In this document: positions 13,331-25,592 of the stretch, one piece after another | How positions within the stretch are numbered: the first letter of the stretch is position 1 | Layout: each line of letters starts with the position of its first letter | Assembly: GCA_002633005.1 (NCBI GenBank) | Contig: NMRA01000051.1 | Coordinates: 685,273-749,272, forward strand | DNA length: 64,000 nucleotides | Source of the DNA: Phoronis australis | Taxonomy: Eukaryota > Animalia > Phoronida | Direction: 5' to 3' | Position numbers and translations under genes: made by a program | The notes under the pieces: model-generated | What the model was told of the DNA's origin: nothing | Databases searched by the model: none | The model's input: only the letters and a program-made list of their open reading frames with translations

Positions 13331-13752
13331 GCCATGTAAATAAATGTTATACAACGTACGTGGTGATAATTATGGGTAATTATATCGAGATACGTGATGT
13401 GCAAAAAATTTGAAAGCCCATTTAAACGAGGGAGAAGCCCAACTTTAAATCGGCTTGCATATCACGTATCGAGATATATAGTTATCATCACGTTCGTTGT
13501 TTAACATATCTGTCATACATATCGCGTGAACTATTTTTAAGACGCGCATTGCACGAATCTTCAGAGGGCTACGCGACAGCATATGTTAATATGTCGTTGC
13601 GGAATTGCGAAGAAATTTGAACTCATAAAGAGTGTGTTTATTCCATGATAACGGTTATCTTCCCTAGACAAAATACTCAAAAATAGTTCTGACGTATTTC
13701 ACGGTAGGATTATACAGTTATTTCACGGCCGCATCGTCAACTATGCATCTTT

Positions 13753-14440
13753 ATCCTACGCGCGTTGAATCTGTCGAGGGAAATACGGCCATGAAATAAA
13801 GTTTTCCGTATTCACCTCCCGCACTACTTTAACAGCGACCTCTGACATAAAAAGTTCAAAAGGTAGGTCAGTGTCGACTCGACGTCTTCAGCCGGTTCGA
13901 TCATCAAACTTTCCGAATATAGTTTAAAGTAACACAGTTGCAACAGTGTAACTAACACTCGACATGAACCAGGCCCTTAACATAAAATCTGGAATATAAC
14001 TGTTAATTATAAGACACTTACACCTGTATGTCTCAGTTTTCAATGGCTAAATATCGTATATCGTCTGCAACTCAGGCTCCGATTCCTAGGAAATTAAAAT
14101 GTCAAATATTGTTGTTTTTTAACTACATGTATTTCCAGGAGTTCACTGCTCAGTTGCCGTTGTTTTCATCTTTGCTACCTCTCTTCAAGAAATAAATCGT
14201 TACTTTTAAAACTGTTTCTTTTTCAAGAGAAAACTTGCAACCTAACGCACAAGTACATACATGTAGGATGTGATCCGCCACGTGAACAGTCTGGATGAAG
14301 TATTTGAAAAATCTGTCAAAGAAATGCAAGAAACTTAGGGATTCGAAGCGCATGGGATAAATACCTTATTCCGCGTATAATGTCTCGTGGGATATTACTT
14401 CATATACGCCACTCTCGGTACGTTTTGTGTAGTTATACCA
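13753..14440 (+). repeat. Interspersed repeat family (other copies ~24040-24460 and ~33068-33730)
   Basis: Shared blocks such as gttgaatctgtcgaggg...ggccatgaaataaagttttccgtattcacctccc and tatcgtctgcaactcaggc. Confidence 0.8.
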
Positions 14441-15074
14441 CACATGGCACAGGCGCTTGGGTTTACCTGTTCCTCGATCGCAAATGACGTCACTTACTAC
14501 TACATGTAAGAAAACATAAAGGTTGGACACTCGAAATCTGTTCCCTAAAAATTTTCTAATCAAATGTGCATGGAACTCCACGAAACTAGCATCGAACAGC
14601 TCTTAGAATACATTCTTTCATTTGATCTCTTCAAATTGCCTTCGAGTGGTGATTTGGCGACAAAAATGCCAAAAGAATGCCAAAATTCCAAATTTAACGA
14701 ATTCATTCCGTGATATCATGGCAGACGGTCTTTGCACATCCGGGTTTTTAACGGACGCTCCCGAGCTAAATCCGAAAGTCTATTTCCGCGCGCCGTCAAT
14801 CCCTCGACTACTTGGTCATGAGAGCACTTTAAAAATATCATTGCCAAATAAATGTAACTACTCAGATATTTGTGTCAAATATAAATCATCCTGTTACTGT
14901 ATTGATATGCGAAGTTTTTGTGTACTGTGATTTCTTATGAAGGTTTTACTTTTGGCCAAAACCATTGAGTTAACTCGTCGGCCACGTGCATTGTAATACT
15001 TGCACGGACTGCGTTTCCTGGCCGAGTGTGTGTTGTACTTCAATCAAAAAAGCGCGTGATGTCAAGATGAGAAA

Positions 15075-15947
15075 CAAGATACATATAGATTATTACATGG
15101 CGAAGTCGTTATCCCCCGTTATCTAGAGCCCGATTGGATTTTAGAGAATTATCGCCCGAGGGTTAGCCCCGAGGGTGATAATTCTCCAAAATCCACGAGG
15201 GCTCTAGATAAGGGGGATAACGGCTGAGAACATGTAATAATCTATTTATACCACATACTAAACGAGAAACTTTGCAATGAATCGATTTACCTTTTCTGAC
15301 TCTCCACGGCTTTGTAACTACTTTCTATGTAAGAGGCCCGGCGTCGGAGGTCGTGACCTTTTAAGAAAAGCCGGGCTATTTTTGTCAAATAATGCTTTTA
15401 CTCAAAACCATTTGAAAACTTAAATATAACAGAAATAAATTGAATTTATAAATTAAGGTTTACCAACTATTATAGCTTAAAACACGTTTTTTTTCACGCT
15501 AAGCTTCGACCGGGAAATTACGTCTGCTAAAGTAGGTTACCACTGGTAACTGAATATAATTCTTAAGTCAAAGATCCTAACGACACGATACCCGCATTCA
15601 AACTACAGATCGGTGATTTACAAGCAAGAGGACATGAGAGAAAAAATTCACTGAATTAAGATATCGTTTTTATGGAAATTATGTGTCTTATTTTTCGTAG
15701 CGTATAAGTACAGTACAATGCGGTTTGTTGAACATGGGATTATTGCGCGTGCTCATTTAAGTATTCTATTTTCACTCTTGATGACGTCAGTTGCGTGGTG
15801 TAGTGGTAAAGTCGGCGACCAGCAATATCAGGGTCCCGGGTTCGACCCCGTCCTCGGTTTCCCGCCAAATCGTTATCTCACTAGGGAGATAACTTTATGG
15901 GTTATTACACGGTTGTATTTGCCATTTGACGCTAATAATGTGGTATA
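15075..15947 (+). mobile_element. Non-autonomous element with palindromic head (Crypton-like hairpin, family uncertain)
   Basis: Long hairpin at ~15090-15245 centred on gagaattatcgcccgagggttagccccgagggtgataattctc. ttataccacat / atgtggtataa inverted pair. Confidence 0.45.
15792..15860 (+). repeat. tRNA-derived (SINE-like) Pol III head
   Basis: A box tggtgtagtggt and B box ggttcgaccc at tRNA-like spacing. No convincing cloverleaf. A similar head lies at ~47293-47350. Confidence 0.4.
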
Positions 15948-16070
15948 AGCCCGGTCTCCAATGCAATGAAATTCTAAGGTAAGGGCTAAAATGAGCCGTC
16001 AGTGGAATAAAGTTACAAATAATCATTAAAATACTAACTTTAACATTCTCAGTTAGTTGAGTCTAGGAAC

Positions 16071-16223
16071 CAGGGCTGGGTTGCATAAAGCTTCAACTGT
16101 TATCCGCTGGATAAGTTTTATTGTTGCGTGACGTCTGGTGCATTGTTCAACAATAACAACGTGACGCGTGGTAATGCGACGTCGTTGTTATTCGGCGTAT
16201 AACTTTTATGCAGCTGGGCCCTG
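16071..16223. mobile_element. ~150-bp MITE (Harbinger-like), second copy at ~19831-19985
   Basis: TIR cagggctgggttgcataaa / tttatgcagctgggccctg, inside a palindromic target ctaggaac..gttcctag. Confidence 0.65.
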
Positions 16224-16630
16224 GTTCCTAGGTTGAGTTTTGGATTAAAATTACTGAATTTGAAATATAGATTGCTTGCTCAAACTCGAAGTTTCACCTA
16301 CAAGTTGAAGCACAACTGAAATCCGCGATGTTTAATATCTTAGGTCCTTGAATTCCGAGTTTTGAGATTGTTTTGGAAATTCCATCGCCAATTCACCACT
16401 CACGAAGACAGTTAATGGGATCTCAGAAATATAAAGCTTCGAAGGTTTATACAATACCAGACTGAGGGAGGTGCACGCAGATTTTATTTGGATTTTGGAC
16501 AGTTGATGTTGGGAGCCTCGGCTTGGCAAAGTTTTAGTGTCCAACATTTATGTTTCTTATATTATGTGGTTATTAGTGATCTGGAAATCCGAGCGCCTGT
16601 GACACATGGAGCCTGCGTATATACGCTATA

Positions 16631-19600
16631 TAGTCGGTGGGCCAGAAATTGTAGGGCCTCTAGAAAATGGTTTTTGCGAGTACTTTAGGGGGGCAATTTT
16701 ATTTTGGTGTTTTTTAATTCATTTATTAGAGTGTTTTCAAAATCTAAAAAGTTCCCACATATAAAGTTGCACATTTTTGAGAAATTTGAGTTTGAAGTTA
16801 CCTAATGATCACCAAAGAGCTTAGTAAACTTATATTTGTAAAAACAACAGTTTTGGTGACTTTTTTGTAAAACAAGTAATATGGTCCCATCAGTGTCATT
16901 GTATTGAACAATATTACACTCACATTACATGTTTTACTATTGCAGATTAATTGTAAACAGTGAAATTTAAAAAATGTAAAGAGACACCTAGTGGCAAAAA
17001 TGCAAACTAAGTCTGAATGTTACTAGGAAGTTATTCTGGCATTGTCTAGCAACAAAAATAACACAAAACGCTTGAGACAGGGCACAGTTTGTGCCTCAAC
17101 GATTGAAACATTGACTAATGGTGTAAAATACAGCTTGTTTGCATAATACACCAGAAATACGTTATAGTACAAAAACAATAAAGTTGAATGATCTCCGTGA
17201 ATGTGCACACAGACTGTATGAAAATAATAGATTATTCTGACAGCGTTTATCAAGCAGCATGACACAAATACATGACAATGATCAAAGTGTGTACTTTCTA
17301 TGACTTAATCAACAAATAAAATTAACTTTTTAATACAAAAAAAAAAACGAAATAACGGGGTTGGAGCTCTATTTAGGCTTGACTTGTCAAAGAACTATCT
17401 AATGTTATGCAGTCAGTGTTGCTGATGTTACTACAGTTGTCACAGCTGCACATTTCTGTACAGTTTGACTCAGCATTGCAGCACAAACTCAGTTTCCCAG
17501 CACACATGCTCTTTTTGCACTTGCAGCGTTCATCGTTTAGTACTGTCAATCGAGATGCGGGCATTGCCATACATTTTAGCTGCAAAGTTCCACCGCCAAG
17601 GAGCCAACTATGGTAGATTAGAGAGGGTACAGCACTGCACACTGGTGATTGGCCCGCAGGCAATGAATGGTGGGGAGGATTTGGGCAAACGTTTGATTCA
17701 AAATATGTTATAATGGGCTGTGTTAATTAGAGTCAGCAAGAGAATTATTGAACACTAGCCTCAATTCACTTTCGTATCTCTTAGTCGGGCACAAACTACA
17801 ATAGTGAGTAGCTTCAACAATATTTCTTAAGATTGCCTGTCCAAATAACTTCATGCACACCAGCTTTCTGAAGAACAGCTTCAAAGTGTTGCTTAAGTTT
17901 GGAAAGGCAAATGACATCTTCATGTGTTAGAAGCTTTGATTCAATGAACTCCAAACAAAACTGTAGAAAAACATCTATGAAAACTGCAGATTCCTCATTC
18001 TTCATAGTCGTTGTCTTTCCCTTTTTTATATTATGATGATCTGTGGTACTTGGCTTCTAAGACACAAGGTCTTTATCTTTGAATTTCATTTGCGTATTCA
18101 GAGCTCTGGACTGAGCTCTTGGTTGCGATACAAGTCCAACTGAAAAAACCCGAACTGTTAATACTAATTTAACATTCAACTATAAGTGAGTTGGCATGCA
18201 ACTTTTTCAGATGGACTTATCAGGAACTGATCCACCACCAGCCTAACAAATTTACATGCCATCTGATCTGTTGCCTAAAAATGTTGATCGTCTAAAAATT
18301 AGATTTGTTGATGCAACTGAAAATAAGTCAGCTGATATACCAGTGCAGTGATTGAAATTTAATTTTTTAAATCAGATGCTCAAACCATAGTCAATCGATT
18401 TACACATAAGGTAATCGACCTTTGACGAAATGGACAGTGGCTTCCATCGTCCTCAAATTACGACGGCGACGATGGCCACTTAGGCACTTTAATTTAATTA
18501 TCATGGCAGCTACCTAAGTAATTAATGTTTACAAGAAATTGAGAAGAGGTTCCCCCTATCCCAGGACAACGGCAGGGGATGACGGCCACTTGGGCATGTG
18601 GTTTGCAACCATCTACTCTATTTAACCTCCTCAAAAATTTTTGACTTAAAGTGCTTTAAAATCACACCCACAATATAACGCCGTATGATTATCCCTTAGT
18701 GCAAGCAGTGTCGATGTGGCAACTGAACAATGGAGTGTTCGAAAAACAGGATTGCAGGAGTACTTGTTTAAACTGGGAACAAATGAAAACATTAACGACT
18801 TCCTCAGAGGCATCTCTCTATGTGGTACTTCTAAACTTATAGGAACATAATTTGTCGAAAAGCATCCGGCATATGGAGCACCTATGGTATGACCACCGTC
18901 TCTACTGGGTCAGCGGTATTGTCTAAGGCCTATGCAGCCAATGGGCTGAACAAGTTAAAAAACAACTGGTGATAATACTGAAACACACATGGAAAATATC
19001 AAGATGTACCTTTCAAAAACACGTACCTGCTTTTGAAAGCTATACTTCTTTCTCTTTCTTGAAATATGGTACACAATATACTTTTCCTGCTAACAAATGA
19101 TGCACTCATGTTTCAGAATGTTCCTATCTTGTTCAGGTTAATTAGGTGTTTCAGATTTTGGAAATATTATTGATTTTCTTGGGAAGTCTTGGATAACATC
19201 TGTATCACTTTCAGCAACTTCAGCTTTAGTAATTCTGCTGGTGCCTTGAAACGTTGCTATGCCGTTCTATGTCCTTTCAATTTTTTGGTCTGACACTTGG
19301 TCTTCTAGTCTACAGCACTCAGGAGTATACTGTGTAGGCTATACCAGGACGTGCAGCTGTTTTCTGCACAAACGTTTGACACCTCTTCTTCTTTTTGATC
19401 TACTGATCTACAGAGTTCCACAGTCCATCAGCTTTCGTCAGGAAGCTTTCCTAAGCTTCTTTAGGCTCTGACATCACAATTTTGTGCTGTTTGATAAACC
19501 TTGAATTATACAGGCATCACACTCCAAGGGAGCAGCCATATTGAAGTAACTAAGCACAACAATACAATCTGGCTCTGTGATTGGTCAATTCAATAGAAAA

Positions 19601-19797
19601 GCACCACCAAGTGGCAGGAATGTGCATCATATTTTGTGCAACAAAAACACCTTTTTTTTAAAAAATGTGCAAGTGTAGACGTGGGAACTTTTTGGAATTT
19701 GATTTATAGGTATATTATCTAGCCACATAGAAAAAACTAGGTTGCCCCCCCAAAGTACTCTCAAGGATGAACGATATGAGATCTAAATATGAGACTA
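16631..19797 (-). mobile_element. Decayed Academ-like DNA transposon
   Basis: Termini TAGTC...GACTA with ATA on both flanks. Long subterminal IRs (gagtactttaggggggcaa / ttgccccccaaagtactc). Minus-strand relic with HCLRANHQ and a Cys-rich tail CKCKKSMC...CTEMCSCDNCSN. Confidence 0.65.
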
Positions 19798-19985
19798 ATA
19801 CAATAAACGCACGTGGAAGACGTGAAATGTCTGAGCTGAGTTGCATAAAGCTTCATAAGTTATCCGCTGGGTAAGGTTATTGTTGTATGACGTCAGGTAC
19901 ATTGTTCAACAATAAAAATGTGACGCGTGACAATGCGACATCATTGTTGCTACATGGCGTACAACTTTTATGCAACTGATCCCTG

Positions 19986-20381
19986 GGCCCGGTCTCCAAT
20001 CTTTTTACTCAAAATGGAACTCGAAATTAGGTTTGGCATTTTCTACTCTACTTTTGGGTGAACTCAAGATAAGTGTCTATTATTCTATGCTTGAAAATAA
20101 CTTACGTAGATGATTTATTGCCCTTAGTTCACAGTTTGTAAACCCAATATTAAAGCAATAAGTTCAAGTTTGAACTCGAAATTTCGAGTTTTTACTCGAG
20201 TTTGTAGCACGAATATAAGGGTCTTCAAGGGCAAACTTGAACTAGAAACTCCTATGCTTAAACTATAATGTATTGGAGCACATTCTGGTAACCAATTATC
20301 TTAAGTTCGCACAAAGAGAGCAGAGAAATTGCCAAAAATAGTTTCGAGTTAGTTTCGAGTACAAAGATTAGAGACCGGGCC
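19986..20381 (+). mobile_element. ~400-bp MITE, Harbinger-like
   Basis: TIR ggcccggtctc / gagaccgggcc with CTG on both flanks. Near-identical copies at 37024-37422 and 42895-43295. Confidence 0.8.
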
Positions 20382-21049
20382 CTGGTCTACAGACAAATAA
20401 TTACTGACAAATAAACTTTCGTCCTATGGACTACGTTTTCAGCACTGGATAACTGTCTCGGAATTCCTACTTATCTGGGTCATCAACCCATTAACAGAAA
20501 ACAAACCGAAAGTAGTACGTTTACCGACAGAATGAAATTTTTAAGAAGAATCGAAAGTAAGGTAACAAGTATTTTGCAACTTAAGTTAAACAACGCAATA
20601 CGATGCAAGAATGATCCGTCGCGAGTTACAAAATTAGTGAACTCTAGGTCACTCGTTCGGCGAACTCTTTATTGGGAAGGCGACGATACTCTTTTACTAA
20701 TTTAGATGCAAACACAATATGCATTATAAGAAATCAAAATAAAACAAGCTAAATAAATTCCACGAAAATACAACTGAGACAAAATGGACAAACTGGCGTT
20801 CATTTACTGTTTACAGCTAAATTAGTTGCAATTCTAGTTCCAAAGTTGTCAAAACAGTTCGTCCAATATTGAAAGTGGGTTTACCTTTGTCTTATCTTTT
20901 CTTTCATGTACTAGCTTGAAACTTAAGAAATTTTAAAAATATGAGCGACAAATTCTGCACTGTGGTTTTCCTTCGACCTAGATGAGGCGGGAAGTTTCAT
21001 GATGCATATTCCTACGGGTGAGAGAAATCTAGTCCGGGCAAAGAAACAT

Positions 21050-21900
21050 AATGAATTTGTTTATTGGCAATGAGAAAAACATTACAATACCACAAAAAGA
21101 CAGGGAACACCACAGACACGCACACACACAGACACACGCATACCCCATAACTAATCCTCTTGACTTCTAAGAAAAACCGTTTCAAAGTTACACCATCTTT
21201 TTGTATAAATTCTAAATTCAAATCCTTACGAGCATTATACTTTTCACTAATATAATATTCTTTAATGACGCTAAAAATCTACTTAGAAGTAATCTTTTTG
21301 ATCCAAACTTTTGGGTATAAATAAACTGTTTACCCAATAATAAAACAATGTTTTTAAAATTTTCTTTTTTATCAAAAAACCCAAAAAAACGTTGTTGCAG
21401 GAGAGAGTGCCGACACACTGGGGATTAACCTTTGTTTAGACTTTCGTTATTACATGTAAGTCTTGTCCAAAATGAATTTACTGTTTCACATTCCCAAAAT
21501 AAGTGTTTCAAAGTCTCTTTCGATTGTCCACAAAAGGAACAAGAGTCGTCATCCGTAACTGGAATTATTTTTAAAAAAGGGTTAGTAGTCAAAATTCTCG
21601 TCAAGAGTCCTAATTTTTGGGTCTCTTGTTGTGTTATGTAGAAGGGAATAAACATCTTCCCATGAAAAATTAGTTGCGTTTACGTTCAGTTCGTTGACCC
21701 ATTTTGACTCCGCTTTTGAGACTTTGGAACTATAATTTAATTGTGTACAGATATGTTGACACCCTCTCCCGCCACTTTTCAGTTTCATTAAAATCGTTGG
21801 CATAACAGGACGATACGCATCAAAACTAACAACCCTATCAATACCACATTTCTTTTGGTACTTAAATATCATTGAATTTAGACTATTATACCCCATAAAG
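21050..21900 (-). mobile_element. 3' fragment of an L1/Tx1-like LINE (decayed)
   Basis: zf-RVT-like motif RILTTNPFL...CSFCGQSKETLKHLFWEC..V.SFW across frameshifted ORFs. AATAAA near 21060 on the minus strand. Confidence 0.75.
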
Positions 21901-22756
21901 TTCGTTTCGATACCTAAAATAGGAGTAGGAATGAAAAATGCTAAAAATTTAGTTAATATGATCATGCATGTAAGAGAAAAATTAATATGTACATTTAAAA
22001 TTTTAACAATTAATTTAACACAATTAGAAAAATTAAAATTACGACTTAATAGTTGTACAGGACCACAAAGTATTGTGTACACAAATTACGCAAAGCATTA
22101 CATCAGTTGACTCAAATTTTCCACTGGCTTAACTCTCTTTGCCCAAAACATGTATATTGATAATTTTCTGACAATTAGAATAATTCAATATGTTTTAATG
22201 GGACCATACCCACTCAACAGACTTGTTGGACCACATTTACAGTTTCCAAACGGCATAGTCCAACATCTCTTTAGGGACAACACTTGGAGACCTGCGACCT
22301 GCATTATTTCAGTTTCCCTCTGAATCGTATTTTTCCACATCTTTGACAATCTCTGGAAGATTCAAATGCATCCCATGCGTGCATCACAGACTTTCAACTA
22401 ATTATTTCGCCTTTGTCTTTAAACCGGAGAAAAATCCATTTCATGGAACCTCCTTCACAGTTGGATTCGGAATATGGTTTCTTTTCACAACATGTGTAAA
22501 GTCCACTGCTGCTCTTCCACAAGCATTGCTCTTGTGGTGACGTTAGTCTTAACAAGAAAATTTTTCAAAGTTAGAAATTAATTGTTAAATGAAACATGTT
22601 TTGAGTCAAAAATTTTGGACTTGGAGGGGGTAGGGTTAGAATTTTGCAAGTTTTAAAATGATAGTAATAGGTGTCGTTTACACACACCATAGGCCTTTTG
22701 AAATTGAAGAGCAAGGTCAGAGAAAGCAGTTCTTCGTGAACCCTGCTTATGGAGGC

Positions 22757-23255
22757 ATTTCATACTAACGTCGACGCGTCATGCTTTGGGGAGTTGTGGT
22801 CAGTATGAACGGTTAACTTCAGTCCTGGATCGAAGTTGACAGCGCCAGTTAACTTCGCATTAAACAGGTATGTCTAATAGCGGAGCGTCTACTCTGCGGT
22901 GCACTATGAACGGTCAACTTCAGTCCCATGGAAGTTATCGCCAGGTGTCACTGTTATCGTCAACTATAAAAGGGTAGTGTAATAGCTAATAGTCATAATA
23001 TTTTGCTCGAGTATTCACCAATCGAATTAAAATATACGTTTTATTCCAATTAGCACATGTAAATGTCCCCAAATTGTCACATTTGAAAAACCTTAGCGTG
23101 CAGTGCTTCCTTGCAATTATGTCGATGCCAACAGCGTCACCTACCGTTTACTTCGATGTCCGTTAACTACCAAAGTCAGTATGAATGGTTTAGTTAACTT
23201 AGCAGTTTAGGCCGACGCTCCGCCTAGACCGGAGTTAAGTCAGTATTAAAAACCC
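22757..23255. mobile_element. MITE-like insertion
   Basis: Imperfect TIR ggcatttcatactaac / gtcagtattaaaaacc. Absent from the homologous block at ~44770-44785. Confidence 0.5.
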
Positions 23256-24519
23256 TTTAGTGTATAATTGTCCCAGGTTGACTGTGTAAGGAAACGCAGC
23301 TTAACAAAACGTTTATGGTCTTGGCTGAGAAGGTAATTGTTTTATTACTCCAAGTGGATATTCAGTAGCCGAGCCCAGAATGGTAAATAACATGCATTTA
23401 CGCAATGTCAACAATCAATGATTTATTTTGGATGCTTCAGTTGCTCTTTGTTATTTAGGCAGTAAACATGCATTAGTCTTAATATAAATAAATTAGTAAG
23501 CTTAAAGAAAATATTGAGTAAATAAATAAAATTCATTAAATATAACAAATTAAGAGTAAACTTGATCACAGTATTCAACTGCGGAATGAAAGTCACTGAG
23601 CACAAATATTTGTTTCACCTATATTTTCAAATCTAATCATACTGTTTCACAGTGGAGTTGAGTTGATGTTTTTTGTTTTTCAGACCTAAAATGTGCGGGA
23701 AAGAGAATTAAAATGCTATAAATAGATCCATCTCTCTTCTCACCATAAAATCACATTCCAAATTTTCATAGTTCAGCCATGCCCCTGCAATAAACGTTGT
23801 TTTAAAGATACATGTACTCCCTCCTTTATGTTCACCCTGCGTCACCAATTTAGACTACTGTGGCGCTTTGTTGGTGTCTACAACTGTATCTCCTAAACCC
23901 TTGCAGGATCTTTGGTGAGGTATGAGCACATGTCAACTGGTAAACAACAACATGTTTTGGACGGATCCGATTGCTGCTGTGCTTCATAGTGACTATTGCA
24001 GAAGTGTAAATAACACTCAACATGCAATCAGGTCCCAACCGTAACATCTGGAACAGACTGTTATTTATACGACAGTTCTGCCTCAGTTTTCAATTGCTAA
24101 ATTTTATATCGTCTGCAACTCAGGCGCCAATTCCTCGATAACTACAATATTGAATATTGTTGTTATTAACTATTTCCAGATGTTACAGGTTCAATGCACA
24201 GTTACCGTTGTTTTCATCTTGATCAGATCCTTTCAAGTAATAAATCGTTAAAGTTAAAACTGTTTCTTTTACTTGAAAAACTTGCAATCTAACGCGTAAG
24301 TACATACATATAGGGTATAATCTGCCACGTGAACAGTCTGAGTGACACATTTTTCTGCGAATCTATCGAGACCGAAGGTCGAAGTCGATACGCAGAATAA
24401 AGTCTCGTGGCGTGGGATATTATTTCATCTACGCCACTCTCGGTACGTTTTGTGTATTTATGAGTATAAGCATATATTTTTGTGTACATCAGTATATATC
24501 TATGTGACATAGTCATACA

Positions 24520-24520
<1 letters not shown>

Positions 24521-24562
<42 letters not shown>
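24521..24562. repeat. (TA)n microsatellite
   Basis: Direct reading. Confidence 0.95.
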
Positions 24563-24566
<4 letters not shown>

Positions 24567-25469
24567 GTACCTCACGTTATGTATATTTCTTGGTCATTAC
24601 TTTGCACCACGTTACATGTACCTTTGTACTTCTCTTAAGTTTACGGTACTTTCATTTCGACACCTTGTATATAATTTGATAGTGTCATTTTGACCAGCTA
24701 TCCCAATCCATCTTACCCTTACAGCTCAACATAATATATAACTTTTGTATTATGATGTCTGTAGTAGTTTATTTTGTCATAATATGACCTTTTATTTCAT
24801 TCCCATGTGTTGTTTCACTGGTATCGCTTCGAAGTTAGCGTATATACATGTAAATATTATTTAAGTATTATTTTATGTAAGGTATACTACTTCTTCCTCG
24901 TTATCGTAATTATTCTCCGAGCCAGAACCTCTTTTGGTACCTCCTATTGGTTTACTTGTATCATGCAATTTCTTTATTTTGTTTCAGCACTGTGCCATCG
25001 TCCATATTTTGTAGTCAACTAAATTTTATCTTCGTCCAGTTTCTCTATAACCATTCCTTCACTACACCATGATTTACTGTTTATTCTGAATTGTTCCATG
25101 TCGATGTCACGGTGTAGCCTTGGCGTATTGTCACCCACCTTTATATAGCTCAACATTTTATATGACTTTCGTGGAAAATACACTCATTCGATGGAATTCC
25201 TCGTGATGACGGACGTTCCGTAGGACGTTAGTAATGTCCACGATGACGTCACATGGAAATGGACCAACATAGTACCGATTGGTAGAAAATGATGTTTGGA
25301 ACCCAAAAGGCAACGCGAAAAACATACGTCATGTCTGAATTGAAATACGTGTGTTTTGGACGTGACACCGTCGTACACATGTACAGACACAAATGCAAGA
25401 CCAATTATTTAGAATTACTCGTGATATTCATGCAATGGGCATCATCACTGTATGCATCTCATTCCTCTC

Positions 25470-25592
25470 CTACTCGTCGCCGTCTAATTGTTCGTCACAA
25501 TCAGCAAGATCATTTACTATGGTATTGAACTGGCTGTGCACAACCGGATGCTTGAAGCACATCGTACCACCGCCTCGCTTTCGCTGAGATTC
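25470..25592 (-). CDS. DNASE2: DNase II paralog B, exon 8 (terminal)
   Basis: tttcag acceptor. Reads ESQRKRGGGTMCFKHPVVHSQFNTIVNDLADCDEQLDGDE then TAG, with the DNase II 'SQxxRGGGTxC' motif. Confidence 0.9.
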   Translation of the reverse strand, partial: ESQRKRGGGTMCFKHPVVHSQFNTIVNDLADCDEQLDGDE

